A stretch of 64,000 bases of DNA from positions 71,845,128 through 71,909,127 of the forward strand of contig NC_068990.1 in assembly GCF_001194135.2 (NCBI RefSeq). The letters run 5' to 3'. Source of the DNA: Octopus bimaculoides. Taxonomy: Eukaryota. Below the pieces are notes generated by a model that worked only from the letters and a program-made list of their open reading frames with translations, was not told the DNA's origin and ran no database searches. The translations under genes were made by a program, and so were the position numbers. Shown here in pieces: positions 36,661 through 50,006 of this stretch (the stretch's first letter is position 1; every line of letters begins with the position of its first letter).

Positions 36661-39600
36661 CATAAATAACTTATATAACTTCATGGAAAGTGGGGTATTT
36701 AACAGTGTACCTATTTTCACACACACTCACACATACATAGATATAAGCACAGGTGTGGCTTTGTGGTAAGATGTTTGTTTTCAAACCACAGTTTCAGGTT
36801 CAGTTCCACTGTGTAAGGGGTCTTCTATAACAGTGCCAAGCCACCCCAAAGCCTTGTGACTGGAATTGGTTGATGGATATTAAAAGAAATCTATCATATA
36901 TACATATGTGTGTGTGTGTGTGTTTGCATGTGCATGCATGCACATGAGTATGTGTGTTTGTGTGTGTGCATGTACATGTGTGTGTATCTTTGCCTTGACA
37001 TCACCTGGTAGTTGTGAAAGAATGTGTCTTCTTGGCTCATGACATAAATATCATGTATGCAACTGAAAAGATACATAAATTTCCTTGTAGGTAGTGTTCA
37101 ATTTCCTTTTAGGTTATACTTGGTTAGTCATTTGGCTGTGGGCATCTTAGTGTCTGGTCTGAGATGCAAGAGGAAATTACACAGTTATCTGTAAAAGATT
37201 AGCATTTTACCCAAGGAAACAATTTCTCTCTGCTTAATATTAGAACAGATAGAATTAAAGATCAGATGCTACGAGCCCTTGTGATTCATGGAATGATTAA
37301 CATGAATACATTGACATGACAGGGAAAGGAAACAGGAAGGAAAAATAAGGGGGGGGGAGAATAGTGACACCTAGTTCTACTTGGAAGATGAGGAGAGGAG
37401 AGAAGAGAATTAGATAAAAATGGACAGAGTGAGACAAATACACATTATCATCACCATTTTTACATCTACTTTTTCCATTTTAGTATGGGTTAGATGTGAG
37501 TTATTGAGGCAATATTCTGTGCCAACTGTACTTCCTACTGCCAATGCTCGTTTTTCAAGTATCTATATTCCATTTGTCTTTCCTTCACACATGGTATAAG
37601 TGCCGAGCTATGGGATATTTTTTAATGAGAGACATAACTGTTGCTGCTTTTGTTTATACAGTGACAATGCAAAAACATGAGGAAACACTCACACACATGC
37701 AGAAATGCTTACACACACATATAAACAACACATCCATATACATAATTGAATTCTGTCCAGTTCCTGTCCATCAAATTTCATTAACAAGTCATTTGTTGGA
37801 CAGAGGCTATAATAGAACACACATGCCCAAACAAAGTGCCATGCAATGAGATCGAACCCTGAACTATGTGGCTGTGCCACAAACTTCTCAACCACATGGT
37901 CATGCCTAAGTATACATGTATGCATGTATGGTGTGAGACTGGAGAAAAGAACCTGTTAAAAATTCACTACCAATCAATAAAGATAAAGTATTGATTGTCT
38001 TATGAAATATTTTTGATCTGCAAATTACCATAGAGTATTAACATCAATATTGATTTCCAACATTGGCACATGACCAGAAAATCTGAGGAAGACAGCTGCT
38101 AGTTAAATCTATGCTCTGGTATTAATTACTGGTATTTATTTCATTGACCACAGATGAATGGAAAGCAAAGTCAGCCTCTGTGAGAACTGAACTTGAAATG
38201 TGAAAGGTTATGAATAAATATGGCAAGAAATTTTGTTTGTTGCTTACTGTGACTTTAACAATCAAATAGAAACATTCAGTTATCTGTGGGGAATTCACTA
38301 CCATGACAACGAGTTGGGTTTTTCTGTTAGAATACTCATTATTCTGTGACTTGTATTTATCTTCTTGATAAAATTTGCACACTGCAAGCTCAGATACTGT
38401 AATTAGTGAAAACTCTTATTAAAATACTCTTTAGTATTTAAACTGGCCATATCTGGCCAAAATATTCTAACTACATTTTTGTTCAAACTGGTCAGATTTG
38501 ACCTCTCACACCAACCCTACAATATCACTTTAAACATTAACAGTTACTTCATCAAAATCTCACAGCTACAAAATAATGGATGATTCATTTAGAATAATGT
38601 TAATAAATAAGCATTACTTTTGACTGAATAATGTGAATGCTAAAGAGTTACACAAACAGAGTAAGAGATGGCTTACAAATTGGTTGCTCAGCTTGTTAGT
38701 AATAACAGCTAAGTTTTCTCAATTCACATCCTACCATCTTAAAAACAAGGACATATTGGGCAAAGAAGAAACAAAACAGGATGGCCACAGCTAGAACACC
38801 TTAAACTATAGGTTTGTCTGGTCATTTAAGACTGGTTAAAAATCATCATCAACTTCTTTGTCTTGGCTATCAGTGTGAAAGTAAGGATACACTGAATTGT
38901 GAAAGATCTCACAATAGTTGCTTCTGTTATGGAACATTTTTATTTTGAACAATTACTGCAGCTAAGCAAATAAGAATATGAAATAACAATAAATAAATAA
39001 ATAAATAAATAAATAAAATTCCTCAATGTCTTAATTATGTCTGTCTTCTAAACAATGCTTTATAGTAATTTCCTGTTCCTTTTTCTGAAAATTAGTTAAC
39101 TAATCCCATAGGAAGACATGAAAGACGAAGTTTGATATGCAGATATGTGAAAGCTTAAGAATCTTAACCCATTGAAACTTTATAGATAATAGTAGTGCTG
39201 AAGATTTCCAAGGAATAAATTTCTCTAATTTTCCAAGGTACAAAAACTGCCGTGTGGTTAAGAAGCTTTCTTTGCAACCATGTGGTTTTGGGTTCAGTTC
39301 CAATGAATGGTACCTTGGACAAGTGTCTTCTATTATTGCTCTGGATATACCAATTGTTTGTGAGTGAAGCTGTGTGGAAACTTCTCATGCATGTGTGTGT
39401 GCATGCTCCCACCACATACATTGCTTGACAATTGGTGTTGGTTTACTTACATCCCAAAAGAACCAATAAAATAAGTACTAGACTTTAAAAATAGGAACTG
39501 AGTCAGCTCTGCAGTCCAATGACTGAAACAAGAAACAAAGATAAAAATGGTTAAGCAGTTTACCATCATTTTGTAATGGTTCCTTGCTATAATTTCTTTG

Positions 39601-39899
39601 TTGGATGCACTTGCAGAAGCATGGCATGATCTATCAGTTACACATTGCTTCTCAAATTGTCTAAATTTAATCTGACAAGTTTCACTCACATTACATTGGT
39701 GTAGGCATTCAGCACTCACAAAACATCAATTTTTGTAAAACATGGGGCATGTCTCTTTAAAAGTATGACTGAGATAATCTAGTAATATCATTGTCTACAA
39801 ATGATTTTTGATAATTGTATTCTACCTAAAAGGTCAAGCTATCTAGAGTACATTGTATGAATTGATATTAAGCATACATACAACAACAAAGTTGTTGTT

Positions 39900-40300
39900 T
39901 AACCTCAGGCTCAGCCCTGATTGAGGATTGCTATGATTAACCCTTTAGCATTTAAATCAACTAAATCCAGCTACAAAATTCTACCTGTTTTATGTTCAAA
40001 CCAGCCAGATTGGGTCTTTCATACCTACCTTACAATGTCATTCTAAAAATATACAACCCCATCAACAAAACCTTGAAGGTAAAAGATAATGCCCAATCAA
40101 TCTAAAACAATGTCAATAAATAAGAATTATAATACAATTTAATCTGAATGCTGAAGGGCTAAAGATGTCCCAGCCATGACAACATATTTTTTCTTCCTAG
40201 ATGCAGTGGATTGATGCTCCTTTTATGTGTCCTCCTTTTCCAACATAATTGGGTGTGATTTGAGAAGTTTGCTGCTATTTCTAGTAAGTTGACCATCAAC
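39900..40300 (+). repeat. Old unclassified interspersed repeat (family G) split by a piggyBac-like MITE
   Basis: cagccctgattgag..ctatgat|TTAA MITE|..ccagccatgac..gtgtgatttgag..gctgctatttctag; fragments also near 12300, 30120, 30600, 38680, 45800, 48730, 51000, 57600, 59700, 60600. Confidence 0.6.
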
Positions 40301-42147
40301 AACCAAATGTTCTTATTTATACTGACACAGAATTTTTAGCAGTTTATAACAAAGATTAACAGCCACAGCTAATTATGTGTTCTCAACCAATAAGCCTCAA
40401 GTGTTGTCAATAATAGATTTTCTTAATAGTGTTACATAAGGAATGATCCATTCATTGATTAATTAATCACTAATTTGATGACTTTATTGCCAGAATATTT
40501 GCATTTGTATGATAGTTTCAAAATCAATACTAATGACATGCTAGTTAGTTTTAACACTTTTCAAATTATTTTATACATAGGCACAGGCATGGTTGTGTGG
40601 TAAGAAGTTTGCTTTCCAACCATACAGTTTCAGGTTCAGTCCCACTGTGTGATACCTTGTAAGTGACTTTAGTAAGCAGAAACTGAAAGAAACAAGTTGT
40701 GTGTGTGTGGGGGGGGGGGTATGATTGTGTTTGTCACCACCACTGCTTGACAACTGGTGTTGGTATGTTTGCATTCCCCGTAACTTAGTGATACAAATAA
40801 TTATCAAACTTTCGAAAATAAGTACTGGGATTGATTTGTCCAATTATAAAATACTTCAAAGCAGTGCCCCAGCATGATCGTAGTGAGACAAGTACAAGAC
40901 AGAAGATGAAGAACAACTCCATAACTAATTGTAAAACATATATGTCCTGAAGTGTTAAATTTAGACATGTTAATAATTGAGACATATCTAGGAATAGCAT
41001 TTGCTGTGAGTAACTACTGTACAAGTCAGTCTCCTTCTACTGAAAATACATGTCACAGTATTTCTGATACATAAATATTACTTTCTTTTGACTAAGTATA
41101 AAGTTAGCTTTTGTAAAAAATAGAAATATTGCTAATCAAACTGACTTCATTATTTGTTCATTTGTTTTAATTCCATTTCTCCATGCTGGCATGAGTTTTA
41201 TGGATATTTGTAGCAGTATTTTACAGCTGGATGCTCTTCCAGTCATCAAACCTTTACAGATTTTCAATTAAGGAATTTTTCTCTTATTCCATGATATTTC
41301 AAAAGTGCAGCCCTAAAAGATATACAGCTTAGAGGGAATGTGAATGTGACATCACTATTTCTTTTTGTTTGAAAATGGCATTAGGTAATTCTTCAGTTTA
41401 ATGTTAAATTGTTTTTTATATATAACCAGACTTAAAAACAAATACATATATGAATGATAGGCTTCCATACAGTTTCCATCAACTAATTCCACTCACAAAG
41501 CATTGACCAGTTCAAGGTTATGGAAGAAGTCACTTGCCTGAGATGACATGCAGTAGGACAGAACCTGAAATAGCATAGTTATGAAGCAAACTTCATACTA
41601 ACAAGAGAGAGCAAGAGAGACAGAAAGAGAGGGCAAAATACTGATACTAACAAGATTTGAATTAGGAATATCAGAATACAGGAAGAAACTAAATATTTTA
41701 ATGCATTTTCAACTCTTTTGTTTCTGCAAATTCATCACTCTTAGGAACTTTAATATTAATCAAGTTTTCAAAGCAGCCACCTGGTGTAAAACTAAAATGA
41801 GACTGTCTTTGCAAATAAAGAATATCTCTTACACTGTAGCAGAAATATCAGCAATTTACCACTAAAGGTCATAAATAAAGGAATCTGATGAAAAACGATC
41901 TTGCTTGCTTTATTCGAACAAATATTCTTTGTCAGAAGAAAAAAAAAAAAGAACTCACAATTTAAAGATATCATTATACAATGATGATTGCAAAGTATCT
42001 ATAATTATAAAATAACTATAATGATAAAATGTAATCAAGTTATGATTTGTTATTTTAAATAATTTCCTTTTTAATAAAGAATGTGTTAATGTAAAAGTCA
42101 GTAATAATTTAGTATGTAGCCTGATTAGAAAAGCAGAATGAAATGAA

Positions 42148-42244
42148 TTATTCATAGTTGCTTAAAACGTAATTAGCTGCTTCAATCACCGCCAATATTC
42201 TCCACATTACTTTTTCTGCTTCTTCAACATTATAAATTGACTGG
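42148..42244 (-). CDS. Candidate terminal exon (QSIYNVEEAEKVMWRILAVIEAANYVLSNYE*)
   Basis: aaattttag|CCAG acceptor (weak pyrimidine tract); 31 protein-like codons to TAA. Confidence 0.2.
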
Positions 42245-43044
42245 CTAAAATTTCTTTGCTTAAATAATAAATTTTTTTGCTTAAATAAAAACGAAAGATA
42301 CTTATCTGAATCAATTCCTGGCTCTTTATGAGATAATAGTAATCTCTCAACTGAAGCAGACTCAGTTTTGCTTCTTGAGCAAAACTAATTCATTTGCATC
42401 ACTAATAACTTTGAGACTTATTACCAAAAAAAAAAAAAAAAAAAAAAAAAAACATATCTGTACCCAAAAATTCATATCTATCTAAAACCTCACTGTTGCA
42501 ATGTGGAAATCCAAAGATGCATTTCTTTAGTTAATAACATGATCTGAATTTGTGGAGTGAAGATATTTTTTAAGAGGTTTCACCACTAATGGATTAAAAC
42601 TATACAGAAAAAAAACTGGGTAAGAAGCAAAACAAAATAGAATCACATATACACTGCATTGTAAGAATATTGTTTTATATCCAAATTTTCATTGTTAGTC
42701 ACTAAAACTTCCCACAAACAATCCTTGCTAATTACTCTTCTCGGCATTCCTTAATTGTATTGGAAACTTATAATATGTAGGCATTGCAAATGAGAGTTGT
42801 CATCTGTTTCAACAAAGCATGTGAGGCATATATTAGTGTGTGCATGAGTGAATGTGTTTACAAACATATACACACACTATACATACAAACATATATACAC
42901 ACACTATACATACAAACATATATACATATACATGCATGCAGACACACACACACACACTTACACATACAGAGATGTGAAAAATAGAAAGAAATAAGGCTAG
43001 CATCCTCTGCTGAATGTTCAATTTCAGTGTGCATGTATGACAAA

Positions 43045-43270
43045 GTGCAAATGAGTTGAGAGAAGAACTGGGCATAAGAGACATCAGATGTAGAGTGCAA
43101 GAGAGAAGACTGCACTTGTATGGCTATGTGATACATATGGATGAAGACAGATGCACAAGTGCTGATCATTAAATGTGGATGGAACTTGTGGAAAAGAAAG
43201 ACCCATATAGATAAGGGATGAAGTAATGAAGACTGACATTGGGTTGTTGAGCCTCACAATGGAGACGAAT
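43045..43270 (+). mobile_element. RTE LINE 3' ORF fragment
   Basis: QSANELREELGIRDIRCRVQERRLHLYGYVIHMDEDRC..VDGTCGKERP..DEVMKTDIGLLSLT; homologous to 52093-52398. Confidence 0.8.
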
Positions 43271-43364
43271 AAAAGACCAAGTTGATTGGCAATTTGTCAT
43301 GCTGTCCATCTCAAGTTCTTAAAAGCGTATCATTAAAGTCTTAAGGTTTATGCCCAACACTCAC

Positions 43365-43439
43365 CATTTACCAGACAAGTCTTCCCCACAACTCAACGTT
43401 GGGATACCCATCTAACTGTAATCTTTAGATTCTTAGCTA
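43365..43439 (-). other. Candidate 75-nt exon with strong splice sites (non-coding or start-codon exon)
   Basis: Acceptor ctttgttttcatttaattacag| (NAGNAG), donor AATG|gtgagt; all through-frames contain stops; an internal ATG gives MGIPTLSCGEDLSGK. Confidence 0.25.
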
Positions 43440-45344
43440 CTGTAATTAAATGAAAACAAAGCTGCATGTATTCCAACCCCACTTTTGTGCTGCCAGTTAA
43501 AATCACTTCCCTTGTCACCCATTCTGTACTCTCAACATCATCCCTTAACAATGAACACTCATTTCTCTTGAAAACACATGTCTGCTATCAACAATCCTTC
43601 CCATTTTTTATTGTCACTATATCCACCCATACATGACTCTGGCTTCTGTCTCTGTACCTCATCTGTCCGTTTACACTTTAAATCATCTCTTGGTTTCTTA
43701 TCTGCCTATAGTTTTGTTGTACTGTTCCTCTTCATAGCATTATATATATATATATATATATATAAAATGCTATAATATTAACTGGTGTTTTCCAATATTA
43801 TAGCATTTTATGTACAATCTATTATAAGAATTATCATTGAAGTAGAGGGGACATAGGTCAGATAAGATTTGAAAGAAAAACGCAAAAATAAAAGAAAATA
43901 GAGAGTGACCAACACAAATTGTTATAAGGGAGAGGGAAGGGAGGACAGATAGAGTGAGTGTAGGTAAGTTTAGAATTTAAGATGAAGGGGTGGATATTAG
44001 TGTAACTGAAGCAAGGGAGAAATAGTGAGAGAACATAAAATGAATTAGTAAACACTATACGGAATATGTGTGAAAGAGAAGAAGGTTGGAAAAAGGAGAT
44101 GTGAATTGAGAAATGTTAAAGACAGAATACGAGAAACCAGTCAGAATTTCCAATTCCAGTCAATAAAGATATAAATATTGATTGTATTTCAAAATATATT
44201 CCAATATGAAATTGTCATAGACATACATCAATATAAAGTAATAAATATGATGGATGTTTGGAGTACAAAGTGACTTAACATCAAATTATGCAATGCACCC
44301 CACCACAAAAGCACACTGCCACAAAAACACACACACAAACTTTTGTAGAATAAAATACCAATGCAACTAGTTAATTTGTTGTTTTTTTTTATACTGTTAA
44401 TTTTATTTATTTATTTTAAATTAATTTTGTTTACTTGAATTATCAGAAATTTGCATATGGCATCATTTAAGAGATGGTACGAGTTCAATTAATTATAGGA
44501 ATGATATTTTCCAGAGCTACTGTTATTGGCAACGTCCATTAAAAGATCACTCAACTAAAGATCGTACGTCATTTTCTGGTTTGGAGTTAAATTACTAATT
44601 AGCTTTCATATTGATACATGTAACCCGACAGTGAACTTAGATCACTGTGCTATATTAACTATTTCAAATTATTTTTGCTGACAATGAATAGAAGGAACAT
44701 TTGATGATGACAGCTAATACTTGCAGATAATTAAGCTACATCTTCCAATGCAACAGTTAATAAAATCTCGGCATCCTATTGAATACTCCAGCTAGCGAAT
44801 GAGCCTCAACATGGTCATTTGACATGCTTCAAACAGTAGCCTAATCTCTATTGAATCATAGCCTACTATCTTAAATAAGAAAATGATGCATTGAATGATT
44901 CAAAAACTAATGCATATGAGAGGGATGCGTTTCATAATATAGGTGCAAAATTGGCTGTGTGGTTAAGAAGCTTGCTTTGCAATGAAGTGGTTTAGGGTTC
45001 AGTCCTACCGCATGGCACTTTAGTTCTACTATAACATTGAGCTGATCAATGCCTTGTGAGTGAATCTGGTAAGACAGAAATGGAGTGGAAGCTCATGTGT
45101 GTTGTGTGTGTGTGTGTGCCGGTGTTTGTCCCCCACCACATCTTGACAGCTGGTGTTGGTTTGTTTATATCCCTGTAACTTAGCAGTTCAGCAAAAGAAG
45201 GAGACAAAATAAGTACCAGACTTAGAAATAAATACTGGGGTCAATTTGTTTGACTAGATTCCAGCATGGCCATAGTTCAATGACTGAAACCAGTAAAGAT
45301 GGTTCTGTCTGCTCAATGAGGAACTTTGAGCAATAACTGGCTAT

Positions 45345-45685
45345 TGTGAGGGTGCGTAGCAAGGTGGTTAAGGTATTCAGCTCACAATCGTAAAGTAAAG
45401 GACACAACATGCCCTCAGTTTCTGAGGGCATGTTGTGTCCTTCAGCAAGACACTTTATTTCATGATGCTCCAGTCCACTCAGCTGGCAAAAATGAGTTCT
45501 ACCTGTAATTCAAAGGGTCAGCCTTGTTGCATTTAGTGTGTCACACTGAATCTCTTTGAAAACTACATTAAGGGTACATGTATCTGTGGAGAGCTCAGCC
45601 ACTTGCACATCAATTTCATGAGTACAGTATTCTGTTTATTGGATCAACTGGAACCCTCATTGCTGTAATTGATGCAGTGCCAGAA
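45345..45685 (+). mobile_element. Family C SINE carrying a perfect internal hairpin
   Basis: Head gagggtgcgtagcaaggtggttaaggtattcagctcacaatcg, hairpin, then ttcagcaagacactttatttcatgatgctccagtccactcagctggc. Confidence 0.8.
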
Positions 45686-48600
45686 AAAACTGGCTATTAT
45701 TTCTATCAGTTTGAATAACCATATAGAGGCTTCCTCATTTAGGTTGGTTCCAGGCCTAAAGTTTAACTCTTTTTTTTTTTTGCAGTTGTTGCTATTATCT
45801 ATCTAACCAATATTCTAACCATGACCAGTCCATTTTTTGTAGCACTTTATAACCAGGACTGAATAATTCAGTACATTCAACCATTTTTAAGACAGTTGGG
45901 TGAAGTTGAGCGATATTTAGCTGCTATTTCCTGCAGATTCAGTCAGATGCTTTTTCTCATTAACTCAGTATAAGCCATGCAGGATAATTGAGAAGCTGGG
46001 ACAACTTTTAATGAAGTGAAATAACAATAAGTAGGAAGTGAAACTGTATTGCTATCTTAATTTACTCAGAACTTACCCTTGCTCAAAATTGTTCATCATC
46101 TAAAGCTAAAATTAATTTGGTAAGATTGAATATTAAACAACTGTATTTTGCATCCCAGTATGAATGTATATATGTATATGCTACAGTCATTCTAAATTTG
46201 GTAACATTTTAAGTTTTGCTTTGTTTTATTTATCAGACAAGATAAGAGTAAAATTCTGTAATACATGAAAGTGCGAAAAAATTCAAGAATTAAAGGGAGA
46301 TTAACTTAATACAATTAACAGTATTATTACTTTCTGAACAACCTCTGTCACCAAAAGAACAAAGTGGCCCAAAAGCAATCACAGAAAATATTTTAAAAAA
46401 TAGAAAAAAAGGAAAACAACAAAACGAAAAGCATAGTTAAAAAAAGAAATTCACAAGTAGCATCAGAAAAAGCTGAGTCAATCACAAAACAATGAAATAA
46501 TCAATTTATAAATGCTTTCAGCAAAGTAGCATTGAAGGTTTTTAATGTTTAATCAATTCCACTTTATTTTTAAATTGTGCTGTCTAACTCTTTATTGCTT
46601 AATACCGTTGAGGGCAATAGTTTTAATGTTGAAATTGTATCTTTAATGTATAATATTCATTCAAAATTTCTAGACAGAGAATAAGATATAAAAGTTTGGT
46701 AGGGAACAATAAGAACATAAATAATAATTTGAAGATAATTCCAGAAAAAAATTGTAATTGTAATCATCATCATCATTTAATGTCCATCTTCAATGCTGGC
46801 ATGGATTAGACAGTTTAACAAGACCTGACAAGCCACAGGATCACGTCAAAAGGCTAGATACCTTTCCTAGCACCATCCACTTTACAAGAATATATTTTCT
46901 AATTCGAGTTATTTACCAGAACAGTGAACAATAACTAAACTTTAAACCTCATCTTTGGTGTTTCAGTTACATTTTATTATTGCTACTTCAGGCAATCTAT
47001 ATCGACTAGAATATCAGATGTCATTATCACTACACTGACTAGAATATCAGATGTTATACACTGCCAGTCACAGTGTGCTTCCTTGTACTGTTGTAGATTT
47101 TGAATAGCCAGCCCACTGACCAGGAAAGCAGGCCATCATTCCTCCTGAACAGGATGACAGTCCATTGCAAGATTACCCTTTACAACTGAGGGGATAAAAA
47201 AAAAAGGGATAAAGCTCCTTCCTCTAACTCATGCAAACTCTTAAGGCTGGTTTCCTGTTTTCAGTGGTATATAATACATCCCTCACTGAATGTGATGCTG
47301 ATCTGTCACAGGAATACTCAATTTTGTCAGCTGAGTGGACTTGAACAATGTGAAATGAAGTGTTTTGTTCAAGGACACAATGCATTGACCAGTCCAAGGA
47401 TCAAAAATCACAATCCTATGATCATGAATCTGACGACCTAATCACTAAACTACATGCCTCCACTACAGCTGAGTGGACTATATATATATAAAATGCATGC
47501 ACAGGCATGGCTGTGTGGATAAAAAATTCACTTCAAATTATAAGCAAATTATGAACAATCACATCATAGAAATCTCAAAGCTGTGAGATAATGTGTGATT
47601 AATTCGAAATAATGTGAATGAATATGCATAACATTTGACAGAGTAATCTCAATGCTAAAGGGTTAAAATAACATTGTAGGTCCCCAATTTAATATTTCAC
47701 TTGCATGAAACCCCCACAATTTTATATGGACCGTCCCATCCCCCCAGAGAGCATATGGACCCTGGCTGAGAACGATTGCACTAGACTATGTACCTTCACA
47801 TATAGATTTAGGATTAAGGTTTGATAACAGGTCACCGAAGTAAAAGAAAAGAAGCAGGTAGAAAATTATAGAAACGAAATTTATGCAGGAGTAAAAGAAA
47901 AAAAGTGGCATATTTAAAATACACATGCAAAAAAAAAAAACACCATCTTCACCTCCCTATATAAACATCACATAACCACATAAATGTAGTGAATGTTGCT
48001 ATCATGCTGAACTGTTGCATTTTGATGCTAACTACATGACTGTTGATTTATAAAGATTAAGCTATCTTCAGTGCACTCAGTTTTTTCGTATCCATTCATT
48101 TTGTAAATAAAGAGGCAATACTCCCACAGCCTACCCTCTCCTCCATTCCACTCCACCTCCTCCCCATCAAAGCGCAAGTAATTTTTCATCAGAAAGTGTG
48201 AAGTGTGACTAGCAATTTGTATACTCAGTTAATAGCAGCTAGAAAACAAAAGGCTTCAGATAATGGTAACAAGATGTGATTATAAGGATGCTGATTTTTC
48301 TAGTACCGAAAACTGTGATTGCATTAAGCCATTATATGAAACTCACATCAGTGACAACAAACAAAAAATATATGAAACAAAATTAAAAACAAGTAAAAGA
48401 TCAATCAGTTGGTAGTGACACAAGAGAAAATTATGTATTAAGCAGAGATAGCAAGCGATGTGGGTGTTGAACTCAGTTCAAATGAATTATTTGCTCTCCA
48501 CCTTTTTTTTTTTTCTTTAAACTGATTACAACTGCCTACAAGCATCAAACATTTTAGGATGCTCACAGAGGCTGTGATGTTATATTTTTATTTGCAGTGA

Positions 48601-49975
48601 GCGACAATGAAGGACAGTATGTTGCATGTAGGGCATTGATTATTTGACAATAATAAAATCAATCAAATGTACAGAGGTCAATAAAAAAAAATTAAATGCA
48701 GCATTTAAAACAAAATGAAATTTCTGGATTTATTGCTGTTGTTTAGTCTCAGGTCAACCCTGATTAAGGAGACATATGATCAAAGACACTCTAGCCATGA
48801 CCATTCCGGTTTTTTTTTGTCAGAGACTACACTGTCCAAAGTATCTATTTTTTAAGATAGCGGGGTATGATTTGAGGCAGATTAGCTGCTATTTGTAACA
48901 AATCAATTGATGATGTATAGGCACCCTTGCACTGAACAAGATTATTTATATCTAGTTTGATATTACAGATTCATGCTCATTATTCAATATTTTTCATTGA
49001 ATCAATTTATTAATCCCTTAGCAGTCAAACTGTTCTATCAAATGTAATGCTTATCTATTCACATTATTTTGAATTAATATTGAATTATCTTGTAGCCTTG
49101 AGATTTCAGTAATGGGATTCTTTATTTTCAGCATGACATTGTAAGACCGGTGTGAAAGGCTGGACCTAGTCAGTTTGAATGTAAAACAGGTAGAATATTT
49201 GGGGCCAGATGTGGCTGGTTTAAATGCTAAACAATATGCTGGACAATATGATACTATAGAAATTAAAATAGTATAGTGTAACTTAAAAAATAATTTAGTT
49301 GGAAGAGGGTAGCAGTATTTATTGGCCACCTGGGGGCAAGGTTGACTATGCATCTGCACCTATATGCAAGGGCCCGGATCAAGTTTTACATTTTTTTTTT
49401 GTTGTTGTTGTTGAAGACTAGCAGTTGCTCATGCATGCAAGTCTTCTCTTTCCATTTCACCAATGTTATCCAAGGGAAAGGTTTTTCTTAAAGACTTATC
49501 CAGTTTGGCACCAGTGTCATCACAGGGACTGCTCACACAACAGAATGTAAAAAGCTAGTATAGATACCACAAGCCATTTTGTCCAATGAACAAATGGCTC
49601 TGTCGATCCACTGCTTTGATTTAATACTTTTGTCTTAATCAACCTGGTAAGGATGACAGACAAATCTGATCCCAGTAGGATTTGAACTCAAAGCACAAAA
49701 ACTTGGAACAAATATCACAAAGCATTCTATTGAATGCTCTCATACTGATTGCCATAATATCAAATTTATTTCCGAGAAAATCTTTGTTATTACAGAGAAA
49801 TAAATTAACAATGAAATGGGCATGGCTGTATTGTTAGAGAGTTCACATTGTAACCACATGCTTCTAGGTTTGGTTCCACTATGTGACATCATGGGTAAAA
49901 GTCTTCTACTCTAACCTCTCCTTGACCAGTGTCATTGAGCAGAATTGCTAGATGGGAACTGAAAAGAAGCCTGTA

Positions 49976-50006
<31 letters not shown>

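Noticed and set aside
39447-39719. Cys-rich 90-aa minus-strand ORF (SAECLHQCNVSETCQ..)
   Set aside because: Has a possible donor but no credible acceptor; the 3' part is SINE sequence
46077-46099. 23-nt minus-strand exon candidate (MMNNFEQG) with AGG|gtaagt
   Set aside because: Weak pyrimidine tract, not frame-preserving, and such sites are expected by chance in 64 kb
48598-48616. Plus-strand 19-nt exon candidate (tttgcag|..ACA|gtatgt)
   Set aside because: Not frame-preserving, opposite strand to most other candidates, and no supporting partner exon
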